A stretch of 64,000 nucleotides of DNA, from assembly GCA_963786935.1 (NCBI GenBank), contig CAWBAN010000005.1, positions 224,001-288,000 of the forward strand, in the 5' to 3' direction. This DNA comes from an uncultured bacterium. GTDB lineage: Bacteria; Krumholzibacteriota; Krumholzibacteriia; Krumholzibacteriales; Krumholzibacteriaceae. Below are positions 1-9,625 of the stretch, one piece after another. Under the pieces are notes generated by a model that was given only the letters and a program-made list of their open reading frames with translations, searched no databases and was not told the DNA's origin. Every line of letters starts with the position of its first letter. Positions within the stretch are counted from its first letter, which is position 1. A program made the translations under genes and the position numbers.

Positions 1-108
1 GTCGGCGCCCGTGGGCCCCGCGGGACCCGCGGGCCCCTCATCCCCCTGGCATCCGAGGAACGTGAACGCGAAGCAGAGCAAGAGCCAAGAAACGCGACGG
101 ATCTTCAT
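1..108 (-). CDS. Lipoprotein N-terminus with collagen-like Gly-X-Y repeat (partial, runs off window)
   Basis: Not in the ORF track. Reverse strand reads MKIRRVSWLLLCFAFTFLGCQGDEGPAGPAGPTGAD, with a GGAGG RBS, signal peptide and FLGC lipobox. Confidence 0.8.
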   Translation of the reverse strand, partial: MKIRRVSWLLLCFAFTFLGCQGDEGPAGPAGPTGAD

Positions 109-156
109 CTTCTACCTCCCGGGCTCGGGTGAAACCGCCGATGGAGAATCGGTGCG

Positions 157-185
157 ACCCTATGGCAAAGGTGATTCCGTGTCAA
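157..185 (-). promoter_or_regulatory. Putative sigma-70 promoter
   Basis: TTGACA-17 bp-TAGGGT about 50 bp upstream of the lipoprotein start. Confidence 0.5.
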
Positions 186-210
186 GATTATGCGGCGCGC
201 GCGAAAGTCC

Positions 211-1026
211 TCAGCGGGCTTCGCGCTGGCGCAGCGCCTCGTACAGGAGGATCGCCGCCGTTACCGAGACGTTCAGGGAATCAGCCGTTCCCCGCATCGG
301 GATCCGCACCGAGAGATCCGACGCTTCGAGCCATTCCCTGCCGAGCCCCGCGTCCTCGCTCCCGACGACGATCGCGCAGGGAGAGGACATATCGGCGGCG
401 GAGTAGACGGCATCCGCCTCGGGAGATGTCGTGATGATCGTGACGCCTTTCGACTTGAGCCACCCGATCGCATGTTGCGCTCTCGTCACCGCGACCGGGA
501 CGCTGAAGATCGTGCCGAGGCTCGCCCGAATCACGTTCGGGTTGTAGAGATCGGTCTTGGGAGCGCTGATGATGATCCCCGATACGCCCGCTCCGTCCGC
601 CGAGCGAAAGAGCGCGCCGAGATTTCCCGGCTTTTCGACGGCGTCGACCGCGAGGAAGAGCGCTCCGGGATCCGTTCGCAGGTCGTCGAGTCCATGGTGC
701 GGCTTCTCGGCGACGGCGACGAAACCTCCCGAATCCTCGCGGTAGGCGATCTTCTTGAATGCCGGAGCGGCGACCGAGGAGAGGGGCACGCCGCGTTCCT
801 TGAGCATCGCGAGGAGGGCGCGCTCCTCATCGGTCGAGACGATCGCGGGGCAATAATAGATTTCCCGGATTGCCACTCCGGCCCGGATCGCCCGGGCGAT
901 TTCCCGCGCTCCCTCGATCGCGATGAGGCCGGTTTCATCGCGCTCGCTCTTTTTCGAGAGCCGGACAACGGCCTTTATCCTCTCGTTCTGCAAACTCGTT
1001 ATTCTGTATTCGTCGTTCTCTCCCAT
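211..1026 (-). CDS. TrmH/SpoU family RNA methyltransferase
   Basis: SPOUT motifs EKPGNLGALFRSA, VVGSEDAGL, IPMRGTADSLNVSV. Start placed at MGENDEY. Confidence 0.93.
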   Translation of the reverse strand: MGENDEYRITSLQNERIKAVVRLSKKSERDETGLIAIEGAREIARAIRAGVAIREIYYCPAIVSTDEERALLAMLKERGVPLSSVAAPAFKKIAYREDSGGFVAVAEKPHHGLDDLRTDPGALFLAVDAVEKPGNLGALFRSADGAGVSGIIISAPKTDLYNPNVIRASLGTIFSVPVAVTRAQHAIGWLKSKGVTIITTSPEADAVYSAADMSSPCAIVVGSEDAGLGREWLEASDLSVRIPMRGTADSLNVSVTAAILLYEALRQREAR

Positions 1027-1355
1027 GATGCGCCTTTCAGTCGCGGAGTTGCCCATGCCTGCCGCGGTATTCCCGTTCCGGTCGGCGAGTCGTGCCCTTC
1101 ATGAATATCTTCCGAATAGCATGTTTCGGCATTTTTCTCAATAGCTCTGTTGGATAGCGGCAAAATCGCATCCCCGGGCCGGGGCCGGGATAGTGCTCGA
1201 ACGCAAGGAACATTATAGACTTGCAATTCGATTCGCGACAGTTTATCATAACACCCAGTACGGTATGAGCGCCATCGAGCACGTGACTCTCCCTTCTTGC
1301 AATTGTGAAATGCGGCAGGATAGATAGAGCTTCAACGGCAAGGGTTGGTTGATGT

Positions 1356-2075
1356 ATGTGTATGTCGTTCAATAGGTTGGTAATCGGTTTCGTCGTATTT
1401 ATTGAAGCGATTCTTGCATCGGGAGGGAGTGCAGCCCGTGCACAGGGGAATTCAATGCCCGTTCAGGGGGCGAAGATGAAAAGACATATCGTGCTCCTCG
1501 GCGCCTCGGTCGGCAAAGCTTGGGATTTTCCGCGCCTTCCGGCGCGCATGAACAGCGGCGACTACACGTTCGAATCGGTGACCGAATACCGCTTCGACAA
1601 GAGCGAGAAGCTCGCGGCGATTTTAAACCGGGTTCAGGACAAACCCGATGCGATCATCATCAAGGAATGCGCCGCCTTTTTCCCGGGGGATCTATCGAAG
1701 TATCAGGAGCTCGTGCGCCGGTGGGTCGGCGAGTGCCGGAGCGCAGGGATAGTCCCGATTCTCGCGACGGTCGTTCCCGTCTCGCGGACGTATCCGCTTC
1801 GAACCTTCGTGCTCCAGCTCCTCCATGGAAATTTCATGTACCCGAAAGGTACCTTCGAAGGGATCGTCGCGTATAACGACTGGGTCCGCGGGTATGCCGT
1901 TCAGGAGGGGCTCGCGCTCATCGACCTCGAGGCGGCTGTCCGCATCGGTCCCGGGAACCGGCATCTCAAGGAATCGTTCGCCCGCAGAGACGGACTCCAT
2001 CTCAATTCAAAGGCGTATCGGGAGCTCGATCGCATCGTAATCCCGGCGCTGCAGCGAGTGATGTATTTCAACTGA
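1356..2075 (+). CDS. SGNH/GDSL-type hydrolase or O-acyl esterase
   Basis: LLGASVG (block I Ser) and DGLH (catalytic DxxH). Start uncertain. Confidence 0.7.
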   Translation: MCMSFNRLVIGFVVFIEAILASGGSAARAQGNSMPVQGAKMKRHIVLLGASVGKAWDFPRLPARMNSGDYTFESVTEYRFDKSEKLAAILNRVQDKPDAIIIKECAAFFPGDLSKYQELVRRWVGECRSAGIVPILATVVPVSRTYPLRTFVLQLLHGNFMYPKGTFEGIVAYNDWVRGYAVQEGLALIDLEAAVRIGPGNRHLKESFARRDGLHLNSKAYRELDRIVIPALQRVMYFN

Positions 2076-2096
2076 GAGATTGAGTCGGGAGGGCGC

Positions 2097-2990
2097 TTGA
2101 TGATGAAGTGCGCCGCACTATTGATTTCGATGTGTCTCGCGCTGATGCTCGCCGTCCCGGCGGCTTTCGCGGCGAGCCGTACGAGCCCGCTGATCATCGA
2201 CCATACGTGTACCAACCTCGGCGGAATTCCGCCGGCCCGGATTGATTCTGCGCAGGCTGCCATGAAGTGGCAATATGCGAGCACTTCGGATGGTGAGCAG
2301 ATTCGGTATGGGCTTGATTCTCTTGAATTGTGGTCTTCAGCCTATGATGTGGAGTTGGGGGAGAAGTACTTGCCTGGCGTGGCTGGCGCTCTGAACAATT
2401 TCTTTGGCAATGAAGCCACGACGTATGTCGAGCCGGAGCAGTACTGGGCGACGGCCGAGGGGATGGACTTGACGCGCGACGTATTGCGCCGCAATCCCAC
2501 GATCAACGTTTCGACTTTTGCGTGGTGCACGCAGCTGTCGAGCGCGGATGAAGCATACGTGCAGGCGTATCTCGATTCGATGACGAAGCTCGAGCAGGAG
2601 TTTCCCGGCGTGACCTTCGTCTATATGACGAGCAACGCGCGGTCGGAAGGCGCAGCGGAGAATCGGTCTCTCAGAAACAAACAGATACGGGATTACTGCA
2701 TCGCCAACAACAAGGTGCTCTATGATTTCGAGGAGCTTGACTGCTCGTGGTTCAATCCCGATACCCAGCTGTGGGAGTATTACACCATCACGGATTATTG
2801 GGGCGATGTATGGCCGGTTCGACATCCGCAGTACGCCCTGGAAGAAATAATCGCTCATACGACCTGGGAAAACTGCAGACAGAAGGCGAAGGCCATGTGG
2901 TGGCTCATGGCGCGCCTCGCCGGCTGGGACGGGGCGTCCGCCGCCGTCGAGTCGGGCTCATGGGGCGCCGTCAAGGATCTCTTTCGCTGA
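2097..2990 (+). CDS. Secreted protein, possibly SGNH-like, ending in [10 protein letters not shown]
   Basis: Signal peptide ending AFA; globular domain; short conserved-looking tail shared with 11281..12105. Confidence 0.75.
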   Translation: MMMKCAALLISMCLALMLAVPAAFAASRTSPLIIDHTCTNLGGIPPARIDSAQAAMKWQYASTSDGEQIRYGLDSLELWSSAYDVELGEKYLPGVAGALNNFFGNEATTYVEPEQYWATAEGMDLTRDVLRRNPTINVSTFAWCTQLSSADEAYVQAYLDSMTKLEQEFPGVTFVYMTSNARSEGAAENRSLRNKQIRDYCIANNKVLYDFEELDCSWFNPDTQLWEYYTITDYWGDVWPVRHPQYALEEIIAHTTWENCRQKAKAMWWLMARLAGWDGASAAVESGSWGAVKDLFR

Positions 2991-3047
2991 TAGCGGCCGG
3001 TGTTTTTCGAGAGGGGGTATATCGCGCGCCGTCGCCGAATCCCCGCG

Positions 3048-4541
3048 CTAGAGAGGTATGCCGAAGTACCGTCGCTCGGTCCTGCTCAAGAGAGCGAACA
3101 TATTCACCCCGAGAAATATGATCGATGTGATGAGGCCCAGAACGAGGATTCGCGGATAGCTTACGGCGATGAAGCCTCGCACCGCGAGCCAGCTCGCGAG
3201 GTGCACGAGCGCGCCGAGGGCGAGGCCTTTCATGACGACCTTGGTGTATCGGGAAGAGCTCACCTGAATGACGCGGCTCGCGTAATAGGGAACGATGAAG
3301 AAACTCGTCACGAAAATCGGAATCAGGGTGCCGAGGGCGACGCCTATGATCCCGTACTTCTTCACGAGAACCAGACTGAGACCGAGGTTCACGAGCCCCT
3401 CCGCGACGACGATGAACGAATAGACCCTATGCTTCGAAATCCCATAGAGGAGCGTGGCGGGAGGGATCTGGAAGGTGTTGCAGAGCATCGCGAACGTCAG
3501 AACGACGAGGACATGGTACGAATCGAGATACGCGCTTCCCATCCAGCGGAGAATGAATGCCTCGCCGTAAATGAGGATCGATCCTCCGATAAAGACGGAG
3601 AAGATTGTATTGAGCTTGACGGAAAAGAGATACTTGTCGCGCAGCTCATCGAACGCCCCCTGACCCTCGAGGCGCGAAAAAACGGGCTTCATGGACGATA
3701 TGGCTTCCATGACAAGGACGTTGTAGTAGCCGGCGATGCGGCTTCCGATGCTGTAATGCGTCACGGGACTCAAACCCATAAATCCCGAGATAACGAGATT
3801 GTCGAGATTGAAGCGCAGCTGCTTCGCCACGTTCGAGATGAAGCTGTAGACGCTGTAGCTGTAGAGCTGCTTGACCGTGTGCTTCGCGAAGTTGGAGATA
3901 CGGATCTTTGTCTCGGGGTATACCCGGAGCACATAGAGCACGTATGCGGCGGATTCGATGAGATCGACGACGAGCGTAATGACCACGAGCCCGATGATCC
4001 CGTGCCCGCGCTCCAGCGCGAGCACGATGAGCGCAGTCCGGAGAAAGAGCTTCAGTATATTGATGATGTTCGCGATGTCGTATCGGATGTGCGCATAGAG
4101 AAATCCGTTGAACCCGCGGATCGGGAACTGCTGCGCCATATCGAATCCGATGATCGCGATGACGATGCGGATCGTCGGGATATCGGCGGAGCTCTTCTCG
4201 AAGAACGGACAGAGGATGACGACGATCGCGGTGACGATGATCGAAACGATACCGACGAGCGTGAAGAGGAAGAGAGACGAGCTGAAGACCCGGTTAATCT
4301 CCTCCTGATCCTTTTGCCCGAGCGCTCGGGCGACGAAACGCTCGTTGGCGGTCGCGATGCCGAGGTCGAGAAAGCCGAAATATCCGACCATTGTCGCGGT
4401 GAGGATCCACAATCCGTACCAGCGTTCGCCGATACTGTGGATAACGAAGGGGATCATGAAAAAGGAAACGGCGATATTGAGGATCGGATTGGCGACCCTG
4501 AAGAACGAGCCTCTGATGAGCTTTGCGGCTAGACTTGCCAT
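3048..4541 (-). CDS. wzx: Wzx-like oligosaccharide flippase
   Basis: 497 aa with many TM helices; YGLW...FLDLGI and YGIIGVALGT motifs; glycan-locus context. Confidence 0.88.
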   Translation of the reverse strand: MASLAAKLIRGSFFRVANPILNIAVSFFMIPFVIHSIGERWYGLWILTATMVGYFGFLDLGIATANERFVARALGQKDQEEINRVFSSSLFLFTLVGIVSIIVTAIVVILCPFFEKSSADIPTIRIVIAIIGFDMAQQFPIRGFNGFLYAHIRYDIANIINILKLFLRTALIVLALERGHGIIGLVVITLVVDLIESAAYVLYVLRVYPETKIRISNFAKHTVKQLYSYSVYSFISNVAKQLRFNLDNLVISGFMGLSPVTHYSIGSRIAGYYNVLVMEAISSMKPVFSRLEGQGAFDELRDKYLFSVKLNTIFSVFIGGSILIYGEAFILRWMGSAYLDSYHVLVVLTFAMLCNTFQIPPATLLYGISKHRVYSFIVVAEGLVNLGLSLVLVKKYGIIGVALGTLIPIFVTSFFIVPYYASRVIQVSSSRYTKVVMKGLALGALVHLASWLAVRGFIAVSYPRILVLGLITSIIFLGVNMFALLSRTERRYFGIPL

Positions 4542-4577
4542 GGCGTGCCCGTGCGCCCCGGCGCACCGTCCCTGACT

Positions 4578-5582
4578 CTATCGTTTTTCGTCGAGATCGA
4601 GGCGCTCGCGCACCCGCTTCACGATCTCGGGCATCTCCGCCGTTTCGAGGCGAGAGAGCGCTTCCGCGCGGTCCATGTATCCTTCCCGAACCAGTTTCGC
4701 GAGCTCGAACGCGTATGGATGAAAATTGAACTGCCCCTTGTGGATCATGTTCGCGAAGGCGTTGAGGAGGCAATTGGTCGAGTTCGGATCGGTGTCCTCG
4801 GGTTTCCGCCAGCCGAGTGCGCGTATCTCGGCGACGATCCGGTCTTCGTCGTAATCGAGAAAGGCGAGCGGGCTCACGTTGTAAGGGAACCGCTCCTCGC
4901 GCGTGAAATGCTCCTCGGTGAGAAAGTAGTTCTCGATCTCTGGTCCCGCCGCCTCGCGCATCGGGTCGAGGAGGACTTTCTGCATGCTCCGGATCATCGA
5001 CGGGTTGTTCTTGAATATCGACGCTTCGATCGGGGCCTGCCCGGGCGACCAGCCGTACGTGACGAAGGGGATCCCTCCCTCGATCGCCATCCGCAGGACG
5101 ACGAATTTGACGAGGCCCATGCAGCTCGTGCAGATCGTGCTCGCCCGCTCGAGCGTTTTGGCGGGATACATCTCGGTCTGCGCCGCCTTGCGGAATATCT
5201 TCTTCATGAGATCGAAGCGCGGTTTGTAGACGATGTGGTCGATGCCGAGATTTTCGGAGACGTGCCGCATGTTCTCGATGGAGGCCGGGGAGACGAATCC
5301 GTTGTCGAGGGTGAGCGCGAGCACGGAGAGCTTGTATTTCCGGCGCAGCACCATGAGCGTATACGTCGAATCCTTCCCCCCGCTGTACGCCATGAGCGCG
5401 TCGTAGCCGCCGGGTTTCCGGTGCGCTGCGAGAAGATCGTCGAACTTGCGGCGGTACTTATCCTTCGATTCGTCGAGCCGCTCCCGTCCCTTGAATGCCC
5501 GGCACAGGCCGCAGACCCCCGCTTCGTCGAAGCTGATCCCCGGAAACGTCTCGGGCAGGACGCACTGCGCACACGTTTTCAT
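4578..5582 (-). CDS. PP-loop ATPase, N-acetyl-sugar amidotransferase-like
   Basis: CxxC...CxxC N-terminus, SGGKDS PP-loop, further CTSC and STNC motifs. Confidence 0.8.
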   Translation of the reverse strand: MKTCAQCVLPETFPGISFDEAGVCGLCRAFKGRERLDESKDKYRRKFDDLLAAHRKPGGYDALMAYSGGKDSTYTLMVLRRKYKLSVLALTLDNGFVSPASIENMRHVSENLGIDHIVYKPRFDLMKKIFRKAAQTEMYPAKTLERASTICTSCMGLVKFVVLRMAIEGGIPFVTYGWSPGQAPIEASIFKNNPSMIRSMQKVLLDPMREAAGPEIENYFLTEEHFTREERFPYNVSPLAFLDYDEDRIVAEIRALGWRKPEDTDPNSTNCLLNAFANMIHKGQFNFHPYAFELAKLVREGYMDRAEALSRLETAEMPEIVKRVRERLDLDEKR

Positions 5583-5646
5583 CGCTGATATCCCTTCACG
5601 CTATCGATCCTCCGGATTCTTGCCGCGAGCGCTCCCGGCGTCCGCG

Positions 5647-6621
5647 CTAGAACTTGAACTCGAGTGACGGGGCCATCTCTCTCAGCATAGCCGTCGCCTC
5701 ACGCTTACGCACGAGATCCTTCGCAGCGCGGGCGACCTGGTCGACGGCGAGCCCGAGCGCCGCAGCGACCTCCGCGTGCGGCAGGCCGTGCTCGACGCCG
5801 TAGATGACGTAGTCGAGTATCTCGTACGGCATACAAAAATAGAAATCCTGATCGCTCACGGGGAAGCTGTACGTATCGGGGCTCGGCGTGCGTTTGAGGA
5901 CGGCGTCGCTCACGCCGAGGTGTGCCCCCAGCGCGAACACCTGCGCCTTGTACAGATACGCGAGCGGCTCGATATCGACCCCGCCGTCACCGTATTTCAC
6001 ATAAAAGCCCTGAATGAGCTCGGGATAGTTCGTCGTCCCGCAGACGATGTAGTGCCGGCGTTCCGCTTCGTAGTAGAGTTGCGTCATGCGGAGCCGCTGC
6101 TTGATGTCGTTCGCGGCCACGAGCTCGAGGTAGTCGCCGTGCGGAACGCGCTCTTTGCGCACGCCGCCGTCGGGGAGGAGCACCTCGATGTGATACACGT
6201 TGAGGCGGTCACGATCGAGGAGATCCTGAGGGAGGACGAGACGGAACCTGAACGGCGGGTTAAGATCGGGGAAAAGTTTCTTCACGATTGCGTCGCGTTT
6301 CTCGTAGACATGGAAGCTCTCGAGCATCGGCGTGATGTTCACCTCGTGGCATTCGATGCCGAGCGTGTCGGCGACGAGCTTTCCGTACTCGCGGCTGATC
6401 GGATTCGAGTCCTTCTCGGGCAGGAGAAGTCCTACCACGCGTTCGCGACCGAGCGCCCTGACCGAGAGCGCGGCCGAAACGGACGAATCGATTCCGCCGC
6501 TCAGCCCGATAACGATTCCCTTCCGGCGGTACCGGTTGAGCACGGCGTCCCTGATGAAATCCACGAGCTTCGCGGAGATCGCCTCGGGATCTATCTTCAG
6601 TACGTCCTTCGTGAATGCCAT
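5647..6621 (-). CDS. nadE: NH3-dependent NAD synthetase-like protein (glycan-locus paralog)
   Basis: GLSGGIDSS, KQRLRM, KYGDGGVD, LYKAQV and PSPD motifs; central insertion; no glutaminase domain. Confidence 0.85.
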   Translation of the reverse strand: MAFTKDVLKIDPEAISAKLVDFIRDAVLNRYRRKGIVIGLSGGIDSSVSAALSVRALGRERVVGLLLPEKDSNPISREYGKLVADTLGIECHEVNITPMLESFHVYEKRDAIVKKLFPDLNPPFRFRLVLPQDLLDRDRLNVYHIEVLLPDGGVRKERVPHGDYLELVAANDIKQRLRMTQLYYEAERRHYIVCGTTNYPELIQGFYVKYGDGGVDIEPLAYLYKAQVFALGAHLGVSDAVLKRTPSPDTYSFPVSDQDFYFCMPYEILDYVIYGVEHGLPHAEVAAALGLAVDQVARAAKDLVRKREATAMLREMAPSLEFKF

Positions 6622-6684
6622 GGAGCATCCTTTCTTCTCATGAGGCCGGGACCGCGCGTCGAAGACCGCGGGCGTACCGCGCAG

Positions 6685-8220
6685 CTAGAGTCCCTTTTTT
6701 GTTATCTTGCCCGAAGAGGTCTTCGGAAGCGAATCACGGAATTCGACGATCTTCGGCACCATGAAATCCTCCAGGTGCTGCATGCAGTGCGCGATGATCT
6801 CCTTCGCCGTGAGCGCGGAGCCCTCGGCGAGCACGACAAACGCCTTGACCGCCTCTCCGAGCGTCTCGTCGGACACGCCGACGACCGCCGCTTCGACGAC
6901 ATCGGGAATCTCGTAAAGAATACTCTCGACCTCTCTCGGGCTCACTTTCTCGCCGCGGCTCTTGATGATATCATCTTTGCGCGAAACGAAGTACAGAAAT
7001 CCCTCCTCGTCCATCGTGAAGAGATCTCCGCTGTAGAGCACCTGCTCCCAGGGGAATCGCCCCGGGCGGAGCATCCGGGCGGTTTCCTCGGGGAGCTCCC
7101 AGTATCCCTTCATCACGTTTGCGCCGCGAATGACGAGCTCGCCGGCGATGCCGGGCTTCGTGATGACGCGGTCTTCCTCGTCGACGATATAAACCTGTTC
7201 GTTCGGCATTCCCTTGCCGACGGAGGTCGGCCGGCGCTCGAGTTCCTCGGGGGGGAGATACGAAACGCGCTTGCACTCGGTGAGACCGTACATCGAGTAG
7301 ATCCGTGCGTCCGGGAAGATCCGCTGGAGCCTCCGGATATGCGAAACAGGCAGCGCCGCCGCCGTATTCGATATGTAGCGGAGGTGCTCGAAGCGCTCCT
7401 TATCGAGCTCCTCTAGCTGGAGCAGGATTGACGATATCGTCGGAACGATCGGGAACCCCGTCACCTTTTCCTTTTTCAGAAGATTGATGACCGCGTAGGG
7501 ATAGAGAAACGATTTCTCGAGGACGACCGTTCCCCCGAACTGCGCGGCCATGAGAATTTGATAGAGGCCGTAATCGAACGAGAGCGGGAGCACGCTGAGA
7601 ATAATGTCGTTCGCCGTGTTCTCGAGGTAGGTTGTGATCGACGTCGACGCGGAGACCATGTTCTGGTGAGTGAGCACGACTCCCTTGGGGTTGCCGGTCG
7701 TGCCCGACGTATAGATAAGCGAGGCGATGTCGATGTCAATTGTCTGTCTCGCCGGCCGTTCGGCCGGATACCGCTCTTGGATCTCTTCCCATCGCATCAG
7801 GGCGCACGGCCCGGCGATCCTTTCTCCCCGGTCGCCCGCGATGACGACGACCTTGAGCGAGGGGGTCTTTTCCGCCGCCGCGCCCGCGACCGCCCACCGG
7901 GATGCGTGCGTGATGAGCGCTGTCGTGCGGCAATTGTTGAGAACGTAGGCGAGCTTGTCGGCCTTTATCGTCGGGTTGATGGTTACGAAGGCAGCGTCCG
8001 CCTTGAGGATTCCGAATATGGAAATAACCGCTTCCGGTGAGTTGTCGAGCAGCACGGCGACGCGGTCACCGTATGCCACATCGGCTTCGCGGAGCGCGTG
8101 GGCGAGAGCGTTCGCCGCCGAATCGATCTCGCGGTAGGTGAGACGGCGTTCCCCTACGATGAGCGCGGTCTTGTCCGGGGATGCGTTGCGCGACCGTTCT
8201 AGAAATTCCTGGATCAACAT
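6685..8220 (-). CDS. AMP-forming acyl-CoA/ACP ligase (ANL superfamily)
   Basis: YTSGTTGNPKG, YGLTE, SGD and PKTSSGK motifs. Start placed at MLIQEFL. Confidence 0.92.
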   Translation of the reverse strand: MLIQEFLERSRNASPDKTALIVGERRLTYREIDSAANALAHALREADVAYGDRVAVLLDNSPEAVISIFGILKADAAFVTINPTIKADKLAYVLNNCRTTALITHASRWAVAGAAAEKTPSLKVVVIAGDRGERIAGPCALMRWEEIQERYPAERPARQTIDIDIASLIYTSGTTGNPKGVVLTHQNMVSASTSITTYLENTANDIILSVLPLSFDYGLYQILMAAQFGGTVVLEKSFLYPYAVINLLKKEKVTGFPIVPTISSILLQLEELDKERFEHLRYISNTAAALPVSHIRRLQRIFPDARIYSMYGLTECKRVSYLPPEELERRPTSVGKGMPNEQVYIVDEEDRVITKPGIAGELVIRGANVMKGYWELPEETARMLRPGRFPWEQVLYSGDLFTMDEEGFLYFVSRKDDIIKSRGEKVSPREVESILYEIPDVVEAAVVGVSDETLGEAVKAFVVLAEGSALTAKEIIAHCMQHLEDFMVPKIVEFRDSLPKTSSGKITKKGL

Positions 8221-8275
8221 AATGTCGCACGGTGGTTTGCGGCGTGATCGCAGCGTCCGCCGCCCGGGATTCGCA

Positions 8276-8524
8276 TCAGCTGCCGATCTTGGTCGTGATG
8301 TAGCTCGCCAGTTTCGATACCGAGTCGAAGTTGTCCGGAATGAGCTCTTCATCCTTGACGTTGATCTTGAACTCGTCCTCGATATAAGACACCAGTTCGA
8401 GAATACCCGTCGAGTCTATGATGCCGCTTTCGAGGAAGGAATCGTTGTCGTTGAGCGTCGCACCTCGTGCGCCCGCGAGAACGGTTTCGAGAATGAAGCT
8501 CCGGATATTCTCTTTCACCGCCAC
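8276..8524 (-). CDS. Acyl carrier protein
   Basis: 82 aa acidic protein with GIIDSTGILEL phosphopantetheine site; GGAGG RBS. Confidence 0.92.
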   Translation of the reverse strand: MAVKENIRSFILETVLAGARGATLNDNDSFLESGIIDSTGILELVSYIEDEFKINVKDEELIPDNFDSVSKLASYITTKIGS

Positions 8525-8633
8525 GAGAGCCCTCCTTTAGAGTTGCCTCGGCGTGTCTGCGCCTTCGAATCTAGCAAAAACGCATGCGGCGATAAAGACA
8601 ATTCGCCGCGGGAATAAATCATGAGCGGAGGAT

Positions 8634-8649
8634 TGCAAATGACATGCCA
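8634..8649 (-). promoter_or_regulatory. Sigma-54 (-24/-12) promoter of the ACP operon
   Basis: TGGCATGTCATTTGCA matches TGGCAC-N5-TTGCW with correct spacing. Confidence 0.75.
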
Positions 8650-8666
8650 CGGTCTTCGGCCCGGGG

Positions 8667-9617
8667 TCAATTTATCAAAAGATGCATTGAAATGCGATGG
8701 AAATTGCCGAGGTCGCCGCCGGCCGTCCATGCGTAGTCGATCTGGAGCCGTTCGCGGATGCGGACGCCGCTTCCCATGGCAAAGCCGTTTCCTTGACGGT
8801 TCTCCTGGCCGCAATAGCCTGCCCTGAAAGCGAGAAGCTCGTGGAGCACGAGTTCACCGCCGATACTCAGATAGACGTCCTCGAAACGCGGCTTGACTAC
8901 ATCGAAGGCATAGGTGCATTCGTACATCTTCGGGATAATCGTGAACGAATGGCTCGCCCCGGCGCGGATTGTCGTCGGCAGGCATTCCTCGACGGATTCG
9001 AACTTCACGTTCGCACCCCAATTTTGCACGGCGCAGCCGATGGATATCCGCGGCGCATCGAACGAATAGAAGGCGCCGACATCGGCGGCGACGCCTCCCG
9101 CTTTCCATTCATCGAGCGTCTCGCTGAAATACTTGATGGTGACACCGGTGCCGAAGCGTTCGATCGGCGAGTAGGTGATGCCGGCGGCAGCCTGGTAGTT
9201 GCTGTTCTTGAGCAGCTTCGTTTCAGCGCCGTACTCGTCATATCCCTGGATGTCGGGCCGGTACTGGTACACGATGCTGCCCGCAGCAACGAACATCGTA
9301 CTCAGCCGGCGATGAAAAGTCGCGTTGTCGTAGCGGGTGTCGAGAATCCATTCGGCGTGCGATATGCCGACGCCGCTGCCGTTCATTGCCTGGAGCAACG
9401 CCGGATTCGAGAGCCAGGTGAAGGGATCGCTCGCGAGAGCCGCCGTCACCTCTCCCATGGCCGGCGATCGGGCGCCGAGCGGGAGCGTGAGATATGACGC
9501 GCCCGTGGTCCCCGGCCCTTTGATGGCGGAGGCGGGAACGGAGAGGATCGCCGAGAGCGCCAGGGCGTATCCGAGAGCCGCGATGGAGACGATGTATTTT
9601 GAGCTTCTCATAAGCAT
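8667..9617 (-). CDS. PorV/PorQ-family outer-membrane beta-barrel
   Basis: Signal peptide, LTLPLGARSPAMG and NPA motifs, amphipathic strands, IDYAW...LGNFHRIS end. Confidence 0.85.
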   Translation of the reverse strand: MLMRSSKYIVSIAALGYALALSAILSVPASAIKGPGTTGASYLTLPLGARSPAMGEVTAALASDPFTWLSNPALLQAMNGSGVGISHAEWILDTRYDNATFHRRLSTMFVAAGSIVYQYRPDIQGYDEYGAETKLLKNSNYQAAAGITYSPIERFGTGVTIKYFSETLDEWKAGGVAADVGAFYSFDAPRISIGCAVQNWGANVKFESVEECLPTTIRAGASHSFTIIPKMYECTYAFDVVKPRFEDVYLSIGGELVLHELLAFRAGYCGQENRQGNGFAMGSGVRIRERLQIDYAWTAGGDLGNFHRISMHLLIN

Positions 9618-9625
9618 TCTTTCGT

